Positions 8,558 to 20,836 of a stretch of 64,000 bases of DNA are shown here, one piece after another. The first letter of the stretch is position 1. Every line of letters starts with the position of its first letter. The DNA comes from an uncultured Planctomycetia bacterium. GTDB lineage: Bacteria; Omnitrophota; Gorgyraeia; VGKH01; JBHPFN01. The notes beneath the pieces were generated by a model. The model was not told where the DNA came from, did not search any database, and saw only the letters and a list, made by a program, of their open reading frames with translations. The translations under genes were made by a program, and so were the position numbers. The stretch spans positions 186,558-250,557 of the forward strand of contig CAYOSQ010000003.1 in assembly GCA_964406665.1 (NCBI GenBank), written 5' to 3'.

Positions 8558-11500
8558 ATGATTATTTTTATTGCTGTTTCAGGAGTTGTCGGCTTAGGGA
8601 TAGTTGCATATGTCTTAACTATGCCCCAGAAGCCGAAAAAAAAGATAAAGCGACAATTGCCGCAGTCGCAGGTTTCTGAAGACCAAAGGATTGTCGGTTT
8701 AGAAAATAAAATTAGCAGCCTGCAGCAAGAACTGGAAAAGGCTGGTTTTGAAAATGCCAGAGCAAAAAAAGAAGCAGAAGACGCTAAGCAAAAAGAAGCT
8801 GAATTAGAGAAAGAACTTGCCAGGCGAAAAGAGTGGGTAGAGAAGGGTCAGACAGATGTAGAAGCTGCGAAGGAAAGATTGCCTGAATTAGAGGCAACTG
8901 TAAAAGAGAAAGAAAAAAGGCTTGAGCAGGAGTTTTCTAAGAATGTTTTACAGGGTAAAGAGCTGCGTCACACCCAAGAAGAGCTTGAAGCTTCCCAGAA
9001 TGAAAACAAGAAAAAAGAAGACGAAATTACAAAACTTAAAAGAGAAATAGAAGGAAAGCATAATGAAATCAAAGGCAACATTGAAGAAATTAGATCTCAG
9101 CGTAATGCAGTAGATGAGTTAAAGAAGAAACAGGAGCAAAGCGAGTGGATTTCTAAAGATGAATATAATAAACTTAAAAAACGTTACGAAGAATTGCAAC
9201 GTCAAATTTTTACGGCCAAAAGGCAGATCGAATTAAAAGAAGAAAAAATCAATGAAGTTGATCTTGAGAGGATGAAGTATAAGAGTCGACTGTTCAGCTT
9301 AGAACGAGAGACTGGAAAAGTTTCTCAAGAGCAACAGGAGCAGGTTCAAGAGGAAGAGCAGAAGCAGCAAGAGCCTAAGGAAGCTGTAGCTGAAGCTGAA
9401 GAAAAACCACCTGCTGGTCAATCAGTTGAAGAAAAGCCAGCTGGAGAAAAAACCGCTGAAGAAGCAAAGGTTGAGGAAAAGTCTCAGGTAGAAGAAGCAA
9501 AACCGACCGAAGCAAAGCCGGCCGGAGAAAAAACCGCTGAAGAAAAACCAGCTGATGAGAAACCCGCCGAAGAAACCAAGCCAGCAGAAGATGAAAAGCT
9601 ATCTGCCGATCAATCAGCTGAAGAAAAACCAGCTGAAGAGGTACAGGCTGACGAAAAGCCTCAAGTTGAAGAGGTAAAGTCTGCGGAAGAAACTCAGCCA
9701 GAAGAGAAGGTTGAGGAAGCCCCGCCTGCACCTATAAAGAAGGCATCTGATGAAGAGATAGCTGAAATAAATAAAAAATTATCCCAGGTAAGAAATATCG
9801 GAATTATGGCCCATATTGATGCCGGTAAGACAACTTTGACTGAAAGAATATTATTTTACACCGGGATTACTCATAAGATTGGCGAGGTTCATGACGGTGA
9901 AGCCAAGATGGATTGGATGAAGCAAGAGCAGGAACGCGGTATCACAATTACCTCAGCTGCTACAACATGCTATTGGAAAGATTCCCGGATAAATTTGATC
10001 GATACTCCCGGACACGTTGATTTTACTGTTGAAGTTGAGCGCAGCCTGCGTGTTTTAGACGGAGCTGTAGCAGTATTTTGTGCAGTCGGAGGAGTGGAAG
10101 CCCAGTCAGAAACAGTCTGGAGACAATCGGAAAAATATATTGTTCCTAAACTAGCATTCATAAATAAAATGGATAGAATGGGAGCAGATTTTTACAAGGT
10201 ATATAAAGATATAGAGGAAAGATTACAGGCAAATCTTGTTCCTCTGCAGATTCCCATCGGTGCAGAAGATAAATTCCGCGGCATGATTGATTTGCTTGAG
10301 ATGAAGGCAATTATTTTTGATGATGATTCTCAGGGTAAAGAATTCAAGATTGAAGAAATCCCCGAAGATCTTAAGCAGAAGGCAGATGAATATCGTCATA
10401 TTTTAGTTGAGAAGGCCTGTGAGTGTGATGATGTTTTAATGAAGAAGCATCTTGAAACAAAGGATGATATTTCTAAAGAGGAGCTTATTGCTGCAATACG
10501 TAAAGGCACGGTTGCCACAAAAGTTATCCCGCTATTGTGTGGAACAGCACTTAAGAATAAGGGCGTTCAGCAAGTTCTTGACGCTGTGATTAATTTCTTG
10601 CCGTCTCCAGCAAATCTTCCACCGGTTGAAGGAACTGACCCAGATGATGCTGAAAAAAAGATTATGAGAAAACCGGATGCCGGCGAAGCTTTTTCTGCAT
10701 TAGCCTTTAAAGTTCAGTCTGACCCGCATATCGGAAAGCTCGTTTATGTAAGAGTTTATTCAGGAATACTATCTTCAGGTACATATATTTACAATGTCAC
10801 CAAAGGCAAAAAAGAACGCGTAGGAAGAATAGTGCGTATGCATGCAAATGAGAGAAGTAACTGTGATGAAATTCATGTTGGAGAGATCGCAGCTGTTGTT
10901 GGTTTAAACTATACAGCCACCGGGGATACTCTTTGCGATGCAGATGGTCAGGTTATTCTTGAATCAATCGAGTTTCCAGAGCCGGTTGTATCATCTTGTA
11001 TTACTCCGGTAAGCCGGAAAGATTCTGATAAATTAAGCAAGGCTTTGATTAAATTGGCTGAGGAAGATCCAACGTTTACTGTTAAGACAGATCGAGATAC
11101 TAAAGAGACTATTTTGTCCGGGATGGGTGAGTTACACTTAGAAATTATTGCAGATAGACTTAAAACCGAATTTAAGGTAGAGGCAGAAATAAGCAGGCCC
11201 GAAGTTGCCTACAGAGAAACTGTTACAGTTGAAGTTACTGAAGAATATAAACACGTTAAGCAGTCAGGTGGTAGAGGTCAATATGCTCATACTGTTATGG
11301 AGATTTCTCCTGCAGAATCAGGTGCTGGGTTAGTATTTAAGGATAGCATAAAAGGTGGAGTTATTCCTAGTGGCTATATTCCTTCTTGTGAAAAAGGAGT
11401 CTGCGCTATTATGGAAAGAGGTATTTTAGCCGGATATCCTGTTGTTGATATTAATATTAATTTAATCGATGGTTCACATCATGATGTTGACTCATCGGAT

Positions 11501-11866
11501 ATTGCATTTAAGATTTGTGCTGGAGAGTGTTTCCGTGGAGGGTTTAAGAAAGCTACTCCTGTTTTGCTTGAGCCGTTCATGAAGTTAGAAGCATTAGTTC
11601 CGGAAGAATACGTAAGCAGTATCGTAGGATATATCTGCTCTAAAAGAGGAAAGATTATGAACATGGACGCTAAAGGAAATCAGAAGATAATTCATGCTGA
11701 AGCTCCTTTGGCTGAGATGTTTGGATATGCTGCATCATTTCGTTCTTTAAGTAGTGGCCGGGCAACTTGCTCTATGGAGTTTGCCAGGTATTCTCAGGTT
11801 CCTGCAGAAATTGCCAATAAGGTAATAGAAGAAAGACAAAAAAAGAAGGAAGAAAAGTCAGAATAA
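8558..11866 (+). CDS. fusA: Elongation factor G with a ~400-aa N-terminal extension (TM helix, coiled coil, acidic EKPA-rich linker)
   Basis: One uninterrupted ORF. Residues 1-21 are hydrophobic, ~40-300 are heptad-like K/E-rich, and ~300-400 are a low-complexity [12 protein letters not shown] linker. A complete EF-G follows ([28 protein letters not shown], through the C-terminus). No in-frame ATG or RBS lies at the canonical EF-G start. Confidence 0.75.
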   Translation: MIIFIAVSGVVGLGIVAYVLTMPQKPKKKIKRQLPQSQVSEDQRIVGLENKISSLQQELEKAGFENARAKKEAEDAKQKEAELEKELARRKEWVEKGQTDVEAAKERLPELEATVKEKEKRLEQEFSKNVLQGKELRHTQEELEASQNENKKKEDEITKLKREIEGKHNEIKGNIEEIRSQRNAVDELKKKQEQSEWISKDEYNKLKKRYEELQRQIFTAKRQIELKEEKINEVDLERMKYKSRLFSLERETGKVSQEQQEQVQEEEQKQQEPKEAVAEAEEKPPAGQSVEEKPAGEKTAEEAKVEEKSQVEEAKPTEAKPAGEKTAEEKPADEKPAEETKPAEDEKLSADQSAEEKPAEEVQADEKPQVEEVKSAEETQPEEKVEEAPPAPIKKASDEEIAEINKKLSQVRNIGIMAHIDAGKTTLTERILFYTGITHKIGEVHDGEAKMDWMKQEQERGITITSAATTCYWKDSRINLIDTPGHVDFTVEVERSLRVLDGAVAVFCAVGGVEAQSETVWRQSEKYIVPKLAFINKMDRMGADFYKVYKDIEERLQANLVPLQIPIGAEDKFRGMIDLLEMKAIIFDDDSQGKEFKIEEIPEDLKQKADEYRHILVEKACECDDVLMKKHLETKDDISKEELIAAIRKGTVATKVIPLLCGTALKNKGVQQVLDAVINFLPSPANLPPVEGTDPDDAEKKIMRKPDAGEAFSALAFKVQSDPHIGKLVYVRVYSGILSSGTYIYNVTKGKKERVGRIVRMHANERSNCDEIHVGEIAAVVGLNYTATGDTLCDADGQVILESIEFPEPVVSSCITPVSRKDSDKLSKALIKLAEEDPTFTVKTDRDTKETILSGMGELHLEIIADRLKTEFKVEAEISRPEVAYRETVTVEVTEEYKHVKQSGGRGQYAHTVMEISPAESGAGLVFKDSIKGGVIPSGYIPSCEKGVCAIMERGILAGYPVVDININLIDGSHHDVDSSDIAFKICAGECFRGGFKKATPVLLEPFMKLEALVPEEYVSSIVGYICSKRGKIMNMDAKGNQKIIHAEAPLAEMFGYAASFRSLSSGRATCSMEFARYSQVPAEIANKVIEERQKKKEEKSE
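9400..9730 (+). repeat. In-frame low-complexity repeats encoding the EKPA-rich linker
   Basis: ggagaaaaaaccgctgaagaa occurs at 9443 and 9524, an 81-bp period, inside purine-rich gaa/aaa/cca codon tracts. Confidence 0.5.
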
Positions 11867-11954
11867 AAGCGCTTCCTTTTTACTGTTTCCCTGCCTTGAA
11901 AAATCCCGTTATTGTGTTATATTTGTATAGGATATAAAAAATAAAAAGCGTTTT

Positions 11955-12045
11955 GACGATAATGGCAAACCTGGAGTAATCCAGGGGCGCAAAGCTATAG
12001 GGCCCCGAATATTTTCGGGGTAGCCAGACCGCCGAAACAGAACGC
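11955..12045 (+). promoter_or_regulatory. Candidate c-di-GMP-I (GEMM) riboswitch
   Basis: GGCAAACC, a GNRA-capped hairpin (tggaGTAAtcca), GGGCGCAAAGC, and a P2 hairpin (GGGCCCCgaatattttCGGGGtaGCC) follow the order and sequence of the Vc2-type GEMM aptamer. It sits in the 5' leader of a secreted-protein gene. Confidence 0.55.
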
Positions 12046-12118
12046 CTTTTTATTTGTATTTACATTCAAGCTAAAAACCCCACCAGCCACGGAAGGGGAT
12101 CAAAATAGAAGGTGTGAG

Positions 12119-13615
12119 ATGAAGAGAGTAATGTTCATAGTTGTTTTAATGCTGCTGGTTTCTCAAGCATTTGTAACTGCAGGAGAAATTCGCGAGGTTA
12201 CTGTTGGTGCGATAAGCTATCTTAGCTTAGAATACCCTGGTAGTTTTGCTGACCGCATTACTCTTCTACAAGAGAAGATTGATAGTGCGTTGACTAATTC
12301 TGAAGGATTTAATCTAGATTTGATCTTTGAGCCAGAGTATACGTTAGTACGCAGTCATTATTCTTCGAGTGATCCTTCTATTGTTGAGATTATTGAAAAT
12401 GGACCAGGAGATTATAGTGTTTCTTCTATTGGCACATTAGAAAGTGATCTTGTGGTAGATCATATTAATACTTGGTTGATAGAGCGTGCTCAAGAGCACC
12501 ACGTTAATTTCTTTACTAATGTTCATGAAAGAGTAGAGTATGAGCCTGGACAATATGCTCATGGTATAACTGGAATAATAATTAATCATCTGGGTAATAT
12601 TGCTGGGATTAAGCGCAAGATAGAGTTTCATCCTACAGAACAAATGCAGCAGATTGTCGGACCCACAATCAATAGTTTTACGCTTTTGAATCAAGAGGGG
12701 AAGTCTTTTGTTGTGTTGCCATTTATTTGTGCAGACCTCTGGACAACCGAGACACTTAATTGGTATGCGCAGATGCTTCATGATAATAATGCTAAGCCTG
12801 CAGATATTGTAATACATTCAGTAGCAATGGGTGATTGGTTGTATCATCAATTGTTTTTCGATATTCAAGATGGAACATTTGATCCGGATAATCCTCCAGT
12901 GGATATGTATGATTGGTTTTGGAATGAAACAGTAGAGCCAACTTTAATACAACACTATATGCAACAGGAAAAATTAATAAAGTCGATAAACAGTTATTAC
13001 TTCGCAACTGATCGGGTAGGTAATGATGAATTTGGTTCAAACACCGGAGCGTTCGAATTAATTTCTTTTCCTTTGGGACCTAATCCATTTTCTTTAGAAG
13101 ACTATTTATTTACAGATGATTATCTTATTGCCAAAGTGGATATATATTATCCTTCTGGCGGTGGAGGATGTTTCTTATCTGGTACGCCGATTCTTATGGC
13201 TGACGGAACTAAGAAATCAATTGAGAAGATAAAGATAGGAGATAGGGTCTTGGCTTTTGATGAGGAGTCGGGAGATTTAAAAGAAGATGTTGTAAAAGAG
13301 TTCTTTGTGCACACTACGCATGATTATCTTTTAATCAATAATTATTTAAGAGTCACTAAGAATCATCCTGTATTTTCAAACGGAGAGTGGGTTGAGATTG
13401 GAATCTTAAAAGTAGGAGATACCTTAACAGGTTCACAAGGCAAACCTATAAAGATATCATCAATTAGAGAAATTAATCATCCGGATATCGATATCCCGAT
13501 ATATAACTTAGAAGTCAATCCGTATCATACATATATTGCTGGTGGAATTATAGCACATAATAAACCACCCAAAAAGAAAGTGGCTGATTCTTTGGCAGAT
13601 CCTCCAGAAGAATAA
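12119..13615 (+). CDS. Secreted protein with a putative CN-hydrolase-like N-domain and a C-terminal Hint (bacterial intein-like) autoprocessing domain
   Basis: It starts with a signal peptide. The C-terminal ~140 aa begin GGGG-CFLSGTPILMADG and end IIAHN, the Hint/intein N- and C-splice blocks. The N-domain carries E, K and C in the nitrilase-superfamily order (FEPEY, KRKIEFH, ICADLW), a weak assignment. Confidence 0.7.
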   Translation: MKRVMFIVVLMLLVSQAFVTAGEIREVTVGAISYLSLEYPGSFADRITLLQEKIDSALTNSEGFNLDLIFEPEYTLVRSHYSSSDPSIVEIIENGPGDYSVSSIGTLESDLVVDHINTWLIERAQEHHVNFFTNVHERVEYEPGQYAHGITGIIINHLGNIAGIKRKIEFHPTEQMQQIVGPTINSFTLLNQEGKSFVVLPFICADLWTTETLNWYAQMLHDNNAKPADIVIHSVAMGDWLYHQLFFDIQDGTFDPDNPPVDMYDWFWNETVEPTLIQHYMQQEKLIKSINSYYFATDRVGNDEFGSNTGAFELISFPLGPNPFSLEDYLFTDDYLIAKVDIYYPSGGGGCFLSGTPILMADGTKKSIEKIKIGDRVLAFDEESGDLKEDVVKEFFVHTTHDYLLINNYLRVTKNHPVFSNGEWVEIGILKVGDTLTGSQGKPIKISSIREINHPDIDIPIYNLEVNPYHTYIAGGIIAHNKPPKKKVADSLADPPEE

Positions 13616-13626
13616 AGGTGAAAAAA

Positions 13627-13776
13627 ATGAATTATTCAATTACTGATAACAAAAAATCTAATTTTGATTCTGTGCTTCGTCTGGGACAGATAACAGGTGT
13701 TATCTGTGAGAAATCCCAAAAAAGGAATATTGGAAAGATAAAGAAGTTTATTGAACACAAAGTAAGACAACTTTAG
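13627..13776 (+). CDS. Possible small basic ORF (49 aa) before the terminator
   Basis: ATG directly after an aaggtg-poly(A) tract and read-through to TAG. It is shorter than the ORF-track cutoff, with no homology support. Confidence 0.2.
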   Translation: MNYSITDNKKSNFDSVLRLGQITGVICEKSQKRNIGKIKKFIEHKVRQL

Positions 13777-13808
13777 ACTGTGGCAAGAATTTAGTTTACG
13801 GTTTATCA

Positions 13809-13836
13809 GGCCCCCGCTAAAAGCGGGGCCTTTTGC
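13809..13836 (+). terminator. Rho-independent terminator
   Basis: ggcccccgc-taaaa-gcggggcc followed by ttttgcttt. Confidence 0.7.
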
Positions 13837-13993
13837 TTTATTGGGCAAAAGAAACATTAATCTTCACAAAAGCGAAATTATTGACGAAACCTACCTAAAA
13901 TGCTAAACTAATGTATTGTTAACTTCGAAAAATTCCCTATAGTTATTATTTTTAGTTAGTTAAGCCAAATATGGTTTTCTAATTTAAATATTA

Positions 13994-14071
13994 CGGGGCG
14001 TAGCGCAGTTTGGCTAGCGCGCTTCGTTCGGGACGAAGAGGTCGGCGGTTCAAGTCCGCCCGCCCCGACCA
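13994..14071 (+). tRNA. tRNA-Pro (anticodon CGG)
   Basis: Cloverleaf with cggggcg/cgccccg acceptor, anticodon stem cttcg/cgaag, loop ttCGGga, T-arm ggcggTTCAAGtccgcc, encoded CCA. Confidence 0.85.
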
Positions 14072-14084
14072 TATAAATTTCCAG

Positions 14085-14104
14085 TTATATAACATGTTAT
14101 ATAA
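14085..14104 (+). promoter_or_regulatory. 20-bp perfect palindrome (candidate operator) upstream of acyP
   Basis: ttatataacatgttatataa is its own reverse complement. Confidence 0.4.
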
Positions 14105-14122
14105 CAATTTATAGTTAAGACT

Positions 14123-14392
14123 ATGAAACGTATACACGTTTACTATTCCGGGAGAGTTCAAGGTGTAGGTTTTAGATTTATTGCCCAACGCATTGCTCAA
14201 AATATAGGAATAGCTGGTTGGGTTAAAAACTTGCCTGATGGAAGGGTTGAGCTTGTCGGTGAAGGTGAAGAAGTGCAGCTTAAGAAACTCACCTTAGAGA
14301 TAGATGAGTATTTAAAGGATTACATTAGCGATACTGAAGTTAATTGGATGGAAGCAACAGGAGAACATAAGGATTTTGGAGTAAGATTTTAA
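14123..14392 (+). CDS. acyP: Acylphosphatase
   Basis: 89 aa: VYYSGRVQGVGFRF ... GWVKNLPDGRVE. Confidence 0.9.
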   Translation: MKRIHVYYSGRVQGVGFRFIAQRIAQNIGIAGWVKNLPDGRVELVGEGEEVQLKKLTLEIDEYLKDYISDTEVNWMEATGEHKDFGVRF

Positions 14393-14443
14393 TTATTGTA
14401 TAACCTATGGAGCATGAGTTGACGTAAGTTATAAGTTGAAAAT

Positions 14444-14480
14444 GACCCCTGACATCAAAGATGTCAGGGGCTGTTCGAGC
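14444..14480 (+). terminator. Candidate terminator hairpin after acyP
   Basis: cccctgacatc-aaa-gatgtcagggg followed by a weak T-run (ctgttcg). Confidence 0.45.
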
Positions 14481-14524
14481 TTACAATTTGTGTTTACTTT
14501 CGTTCCACAAATTTAATACTCACT

Positions 14525-17256
<2,732 letters not shown>

Positions 17257-17272
17257 ATTAAGGAGGTTTTGT

Positions 17273-17797
17273 ATGTTTGTTAGATTTAATAAGATTATAA
17301 TTATGTTGCTAATTGTTTCTTTGTTTAACTTATCCGGCTGTGCTGCTTTAAAGAAAAAGTTTACCCGAAAGCCAAAGGATAGGGATGAGAAGAAAATTGA
17401 GGATGTTGTGTTGATCCCCGAAGAGTATCCTGTCTCCGATGTAGACCCCGAAGTTAAATATAAGGAGCATTATATTCTTTGGAAATCTTGGCAGGATGAG
17501 CTTATCATGAGTTTAAATCCTGACGGAAGTAAAAAAAGACAACTATTCTGTTTTAACGGAGTTATTTTCAACCTGGAGAAGATGCAATCATTGTTAAATA
17601 CAAAAAAAAGACAGGAGCTTCAGGAGTATATCGACACGATAAAAATAGTAATGGATAGAGTAGAATACGATAGATTAAGTTCTGTCAACATAGTCAGATA
17701 TCAGGATAAGATGAATAGAGTCAGAAGGAAGATTAAGTTAGAGTTTTCTTACAGAGACATAAGCGAATTTATAACCGGGACTAAAGATGATATTTGA
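17273..17797 (+). CDS. Lipoprotein, function unknown
   Basis: Signal peptide with a lipobox (LSGC). Confidence 0.6.
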   Translation: MFVRFNKIIIMLLIVSLFNLSGCAALKKKFTRKPKDRDEKKIEDVVLIPEEYPVSDVDPEVKYKEHYILWKSWQDELIMSLNPDGSKKRQLFCFNGVIFNLEKMQSLLNTKKRQELQEYIDTIKIVMDRVEYDRLSSVNIVRYQDKMNRVRRKIKLEFSYRDISEFITGTKDDI

Positions 17798-18389
17798 GAC
17801 AGTTGTAGTTGGACCAATGCAGGTAAATTGTTATATTGTTGCATCTAGCAAAACAAAGCGTGCTTTAGTGATTGATCCTGGTGCAGACTTTGAAAAAATC
17901 AGTAAGACTATAAAAGATAAGGGTCTTGTTGTTGATAAAGTCGTAATAACCCATGGACATTACGATCATATTGGTGCATTAAGACAGTTTAATCTGCCGA
18001 TTCATATTCATTCAAGTGATGCAGAATTCTTAAACGACCCCCAGAAGAATCTTTCATCGTTTTTCGGAATTAACGACGAGTTGGATTTAGACCTTCAGAT
18101 TTTAGAAGATGCGGATACGATAACAGTAGATGATTTGACTTTTGAGGTTATTCATACACCAGGACATACTCCAGGAGGGATATGTTTGCATATAGATGAT
18201 TTACTTTTTTCAGGAGATACCTTATTCGCTGGCGGGGTAGGTAGAACAGATTTACCTGATGCATCTGACGAACAACTTATGGAATCACTACAGAAGCTTT
18301 TTTTGCTCGAAGATGAAGTAAGGGTTTTTCCGGGCCATGGACCAAGTTCTACAATCGGAGTGGAGAAAAAGACCAATCCTTTTTTATAA
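17787..18389 (+). CDS. MBL-fold metallo-hydrolase
   Basis: ITHGHYDH and HTPGHTPG motifs. Confidence 0.85.
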   Translation: MIFETVVVGPMQVNCYIVASSKTKRALVIDPGADFEKISKTIKDKGLVVDKVVITHGHYDHIGALRQFNLPIHIHSSDAEFLNDPQKNLSSFFGINDELDLDLQILEDADTITVDDLTFEVIHTPGHTPGGICLHIDDLLFSGDTLFAGGVGRTDLPDASDEQLMESLQKLFLLEDEVRVFPGHGPSSTIGVEKKTNPFL

Positions 18390-18392
18390 GAT

Positions 18393-19277
18393 ATGAGAGA
18401 ACTAATTGAAGATTTTATGAATTACCTTTCGGTTGAGCGCGGACTGGCAAAGAACACGCTGGAGTCCTACAAAAGGGATCTGAAAAAGTACACCAAATAC
18501 TTAAAAAGAAAAAATATCACAGATCCTAATAATGTTACCCGTTTGGAGGTAAATAACTTTATGCTTTTCCAGAAGGATAAAGGGCTGTCGATGAGCTCTA
18601 TCAGTAGAAGCCTTGCTGCTGTTAAGGTGTTTCACAAATTCTTAGCCAGAGAAGGTTTTGCTAAAGAGGATAAAACTAGCCTTATCGATTCGCCAAAGCT
18701 TTGGAAGAAAATACCTGAGGTGCTTTCTCGTGACGAAGTAGAATTAATCATAAAAGCAGTTTATCCTAGAGACACTTTGACAATGCGCGATAAAGCTATT
18801 TTAGAGTTGATGTATGCATCCGGCATGCGCGTTTCTGAAGTAGTGGGAATAAAATTGAATGATTTGAATTTGGATATTGGTTTTGTACGTTGTATCGGAA
18901 AGGGTTCCAAGGAGAGAATTATCCCGGTAGGCAAAAGCGCAATTTTAGCCATTACCAGGTATTTAGAGAAGTCTCGAGGCAAGTTAAGCAAGCAACCCAA
19001 TAGCTTTGTTTTTTTAAACCGCTCAGGAAATAGAATCAGCCGTCAGAGCGTTTGGAAAATAATCAAGAAATATGCAAAGATGGCTAAAATAAGAAAAGAA
19101 ATAAAACCACATACGCTAAGGCATTCTTTTGCAACTCATCTGCTTGAAAGGGGAGCGGATTTGCGTTCGGTTCAAGAGATGTTAGGTCATTCTAATATTT
19201 CTACAACTCAGATATATACGCATGTAAATAGAGATAGATTAAAAGAAATACATGAGAAATTTCATCCCAGGCCATAA
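18393..19277 (+). CDS. xerD: Site-specific tyrosine recombinase XerC/XerD family
   Basis: ERGLAKNTLESYKRDL N-domain and C-terminal RHSFATHLL...Y catalytic residues. Confidence 0.8.
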   Translation: MRELIEDFMNYLSVERGLAKNTLESYKRDLKKYTKYLKRKNITDPNNVTRLEVNNFMLFQKDKGLSMSSISRSLAAVKVFHKFLAREGFAKEDKTSLIDSPKLWKKIPEVLSRDEVELIIKAVYPRDTLTMRDKAILELMYASGMRVSEVVGIKLNDLNLDIGFVRCIGKGSKERIIPVGKSAILAITRYLEKSRGKLSKQPNSFVFLNRSGNRISRQSVWKIIKKYAKMAKIRKEIKPHTLRHSFATHLLERGADLRSVQEMLGHSNISTTQIYTHVNRDRLKEIHEKFHPRP

Positions 19278-19278
19278 A

Positions 19279-20556
19279 ATGAAAGTAAAATTAATTAATA
19301 AACTTCCTAAAGAAAATGTAATCTTGTTGCGAAAAATCGGCAAGCTCGCGGATACTTTTGGTGTTGAGGCATATATTGTTGGTGGAGTTGTAAGAGATAT
19401 ATTCTTAGGTAGACATAATCTTGATATCGATATTCTTGTTGAAAAAGATGCAATCGGTTTTGCAAAGTTTGTCAGCGCAAAACTAAAAGCAAAGCTGGTA
19501 AAGTATCCTAAGTTTTTAACCGCGACTATAATTCTACCCAAAGGAAAAAAGATTGATTTTGCAACAGCAAGAAGAGAAGTGTATTTAATGCCGGGGGCAT
19601 TACCGCTGGTAACTCCAGGGGCAATTCAGGAAGATCTTGCCCGCAGGGATTTTACGATAAATGCCTTGGCGGTAAAAATTAACAACAACTCATTCGGGGA
19701 GTTGTTTGACTATTTTTCTTCGGTTAAGGATATAAAGAATAAAAATGTTCGAGTATTGCATGATTTAAGTTTTATAGATGACCCTACAAGAATATTTAGG
19801 GCAGTACGTTTTGCCAAAAGGTTTGATTTTCAAATTGAGAAACATACACAAGCGCTTATCAAAAATGCATTAAAGAAAAAAGCCTTCTTAAGTATTAAGC
19901 CACAAAGGATGTGGAATGAATTAAGGCTTATACTAAATGAACCAAAACCCAAAAAATATATTCTTGAGTTATCAAAATATGATTTAAATTTTATTAACCG
20001 TGGTTTAAAATTCAACAGGGAATCACAAAAGTTATTTGATGAAATTGACCTAATCCTTAATCAACATAAAAAGTATGAGGAAATATATGGGTCTGTTGAT
20101 TCTGCGATAATTTATTTTATTGCTTTGGTTAGTTATTTAAAAGAGGATACTTTAAAGAAAATAGCTTGGAAATTTTCTATTAACAACAGATATCGCAAAA
20201 GTTTATTCTTTTATAAAGGAATAGACCGTAAAAAAATACATAGAGAGCTTTTTGGCAAAAGAATTAAACCCAGTACGATTTTTAAAAATTTAAATAGATT
20301 TAATCTAGAAATTCTACTTCTGCTTAAAGCCGCATCGGTGGATAGAGCGGTAAGGAATAAAATTGATAGGTTTTTAAAAGAATATCAGTATGTAAAAACT
20401 AGCTTAACTGGAAATGATTTGAAGAAAGCTGGAGTTGCACCGGGAAAAAAATTTAAAGATGTGCTTGATCAGGTATTGTACGAGAAATTAGATGGTAAGT
20501 TAAAGTCTAGGCGCGAAGAATTAGTGTTGGTTGATAAAATCGCAAAAAAATTATGA
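19279..20556 (+). CDS. cca: CCA-adding tRNA nucleotidyltransferase / poly(A) polymerase family protein
   Basis: GGVVRD...DIDIL head-domain motifs. I trimmed the start to the ATG at 19279 to avoid overlapping xerD. Confidence 0.8.
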   Translation: MKVKLINKLPKENVILLRKIGKLADTFGVEAYIVGGVVRDIFLGRHNLDIDILVEKDAIGFAKFVSAKLKAKLVKYPKFLTATIILPKGKKIDFATARREVYLMPGALPLVTPGAIQEDLARRDFTINALAVKINNNSFGELFDYFSSVKDIKNKNVRVLHDLSFIDDPTRIFRAVRFAKRFDFQIEKHTQALIKNALKKKAFLSIKPQRMWNELRLILNEPKPKKYILELSKYDLNFINRGLKFNRESQKLFDEIDLILNQHKKYEEIYGSVDSAIIYFIALVSYLKEDTLKKIAWKFSINNRYRKSLFFYKGIDRKKIHRELFGKRIKPSTIFKNLNRFNLEILLLLKAASVDRAVRNKIDRFLKEYQYVKTSLTGNDLKKAGVAPGKKFKDVLDQVLYEKLDGKLKSRREELVLVDKIAKKL

Positions 20557-20834
20557 CCATCGGTTTGTTAAAGGTTGAAATCTTAATCCCAGCAAGTCAG
20601 TCATTAAAAGAGAAGCGCCAAGTTTTGCGTAGTCTTAAGGACCGCTTAAGAAATAATTTCAATATTTCTTTAGCTGAATTTGATGGCCATGACAAGTGGC
20701 AGAGGTCTTCGATTGCGATTGTGAAGGTAGATAAGCAGCGCTTACGGATTGATCAATCTTTCTCTCATATTGTTAGATTTATAGAAAATTTTAATCATGT
20801 TCAATTGAGTAACTACGAAATGGAGATGTTTTAG
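20553..20834 (+). CDS. DUF503 family protein
   Basis: 93 aa, LKVEILIPASQSLKEKRQVLRSL, in the conserved position upstream of rbfA. Confidence 0.7.
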   Translation: MTIGLLKVEILIPASQSLKEKRQVLRSLKDRLRNNFNISLAEFDGHDKWQRSSIAIVKVDKQRLRIDQSFSHIVRFIENFNHVQLSNYEMEMF

Positions 20835-20836
20835 TC

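Noticed and set aside
9375-9731. 118-aa minus-strand ORF rich in L/Q/P.
   Set aside because: It is the mirror image of the EKPA low-complexity tract inside the fusA fusion.
12119-13615. True protein-splicing intein in the Hint protein.
   Set aside because: The Hint module sits at the extreme C-terminus and ends HN followed by Lys, then a 17-aa tail. There is no C-extein nucleophile or downstream extein, so autocleavage (BIL/Hedgehog-like) is more likely than splicing.
13636-13857. 73-aa minus-strand ORF.
   Set aside because: It is antisense across the Hint gene's 3' region and terminator. A + strand small ORF and terminator explain the region better.
18393-19277. Tyrosine recombinase as a prophage or ICE integrase.
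   Set aside because: It has XerC/D-type N-terminal and catalytic motifs and sits among housekeeping genes (ligA, cca, rbfA). No phage or conjugation genes are adjacent.
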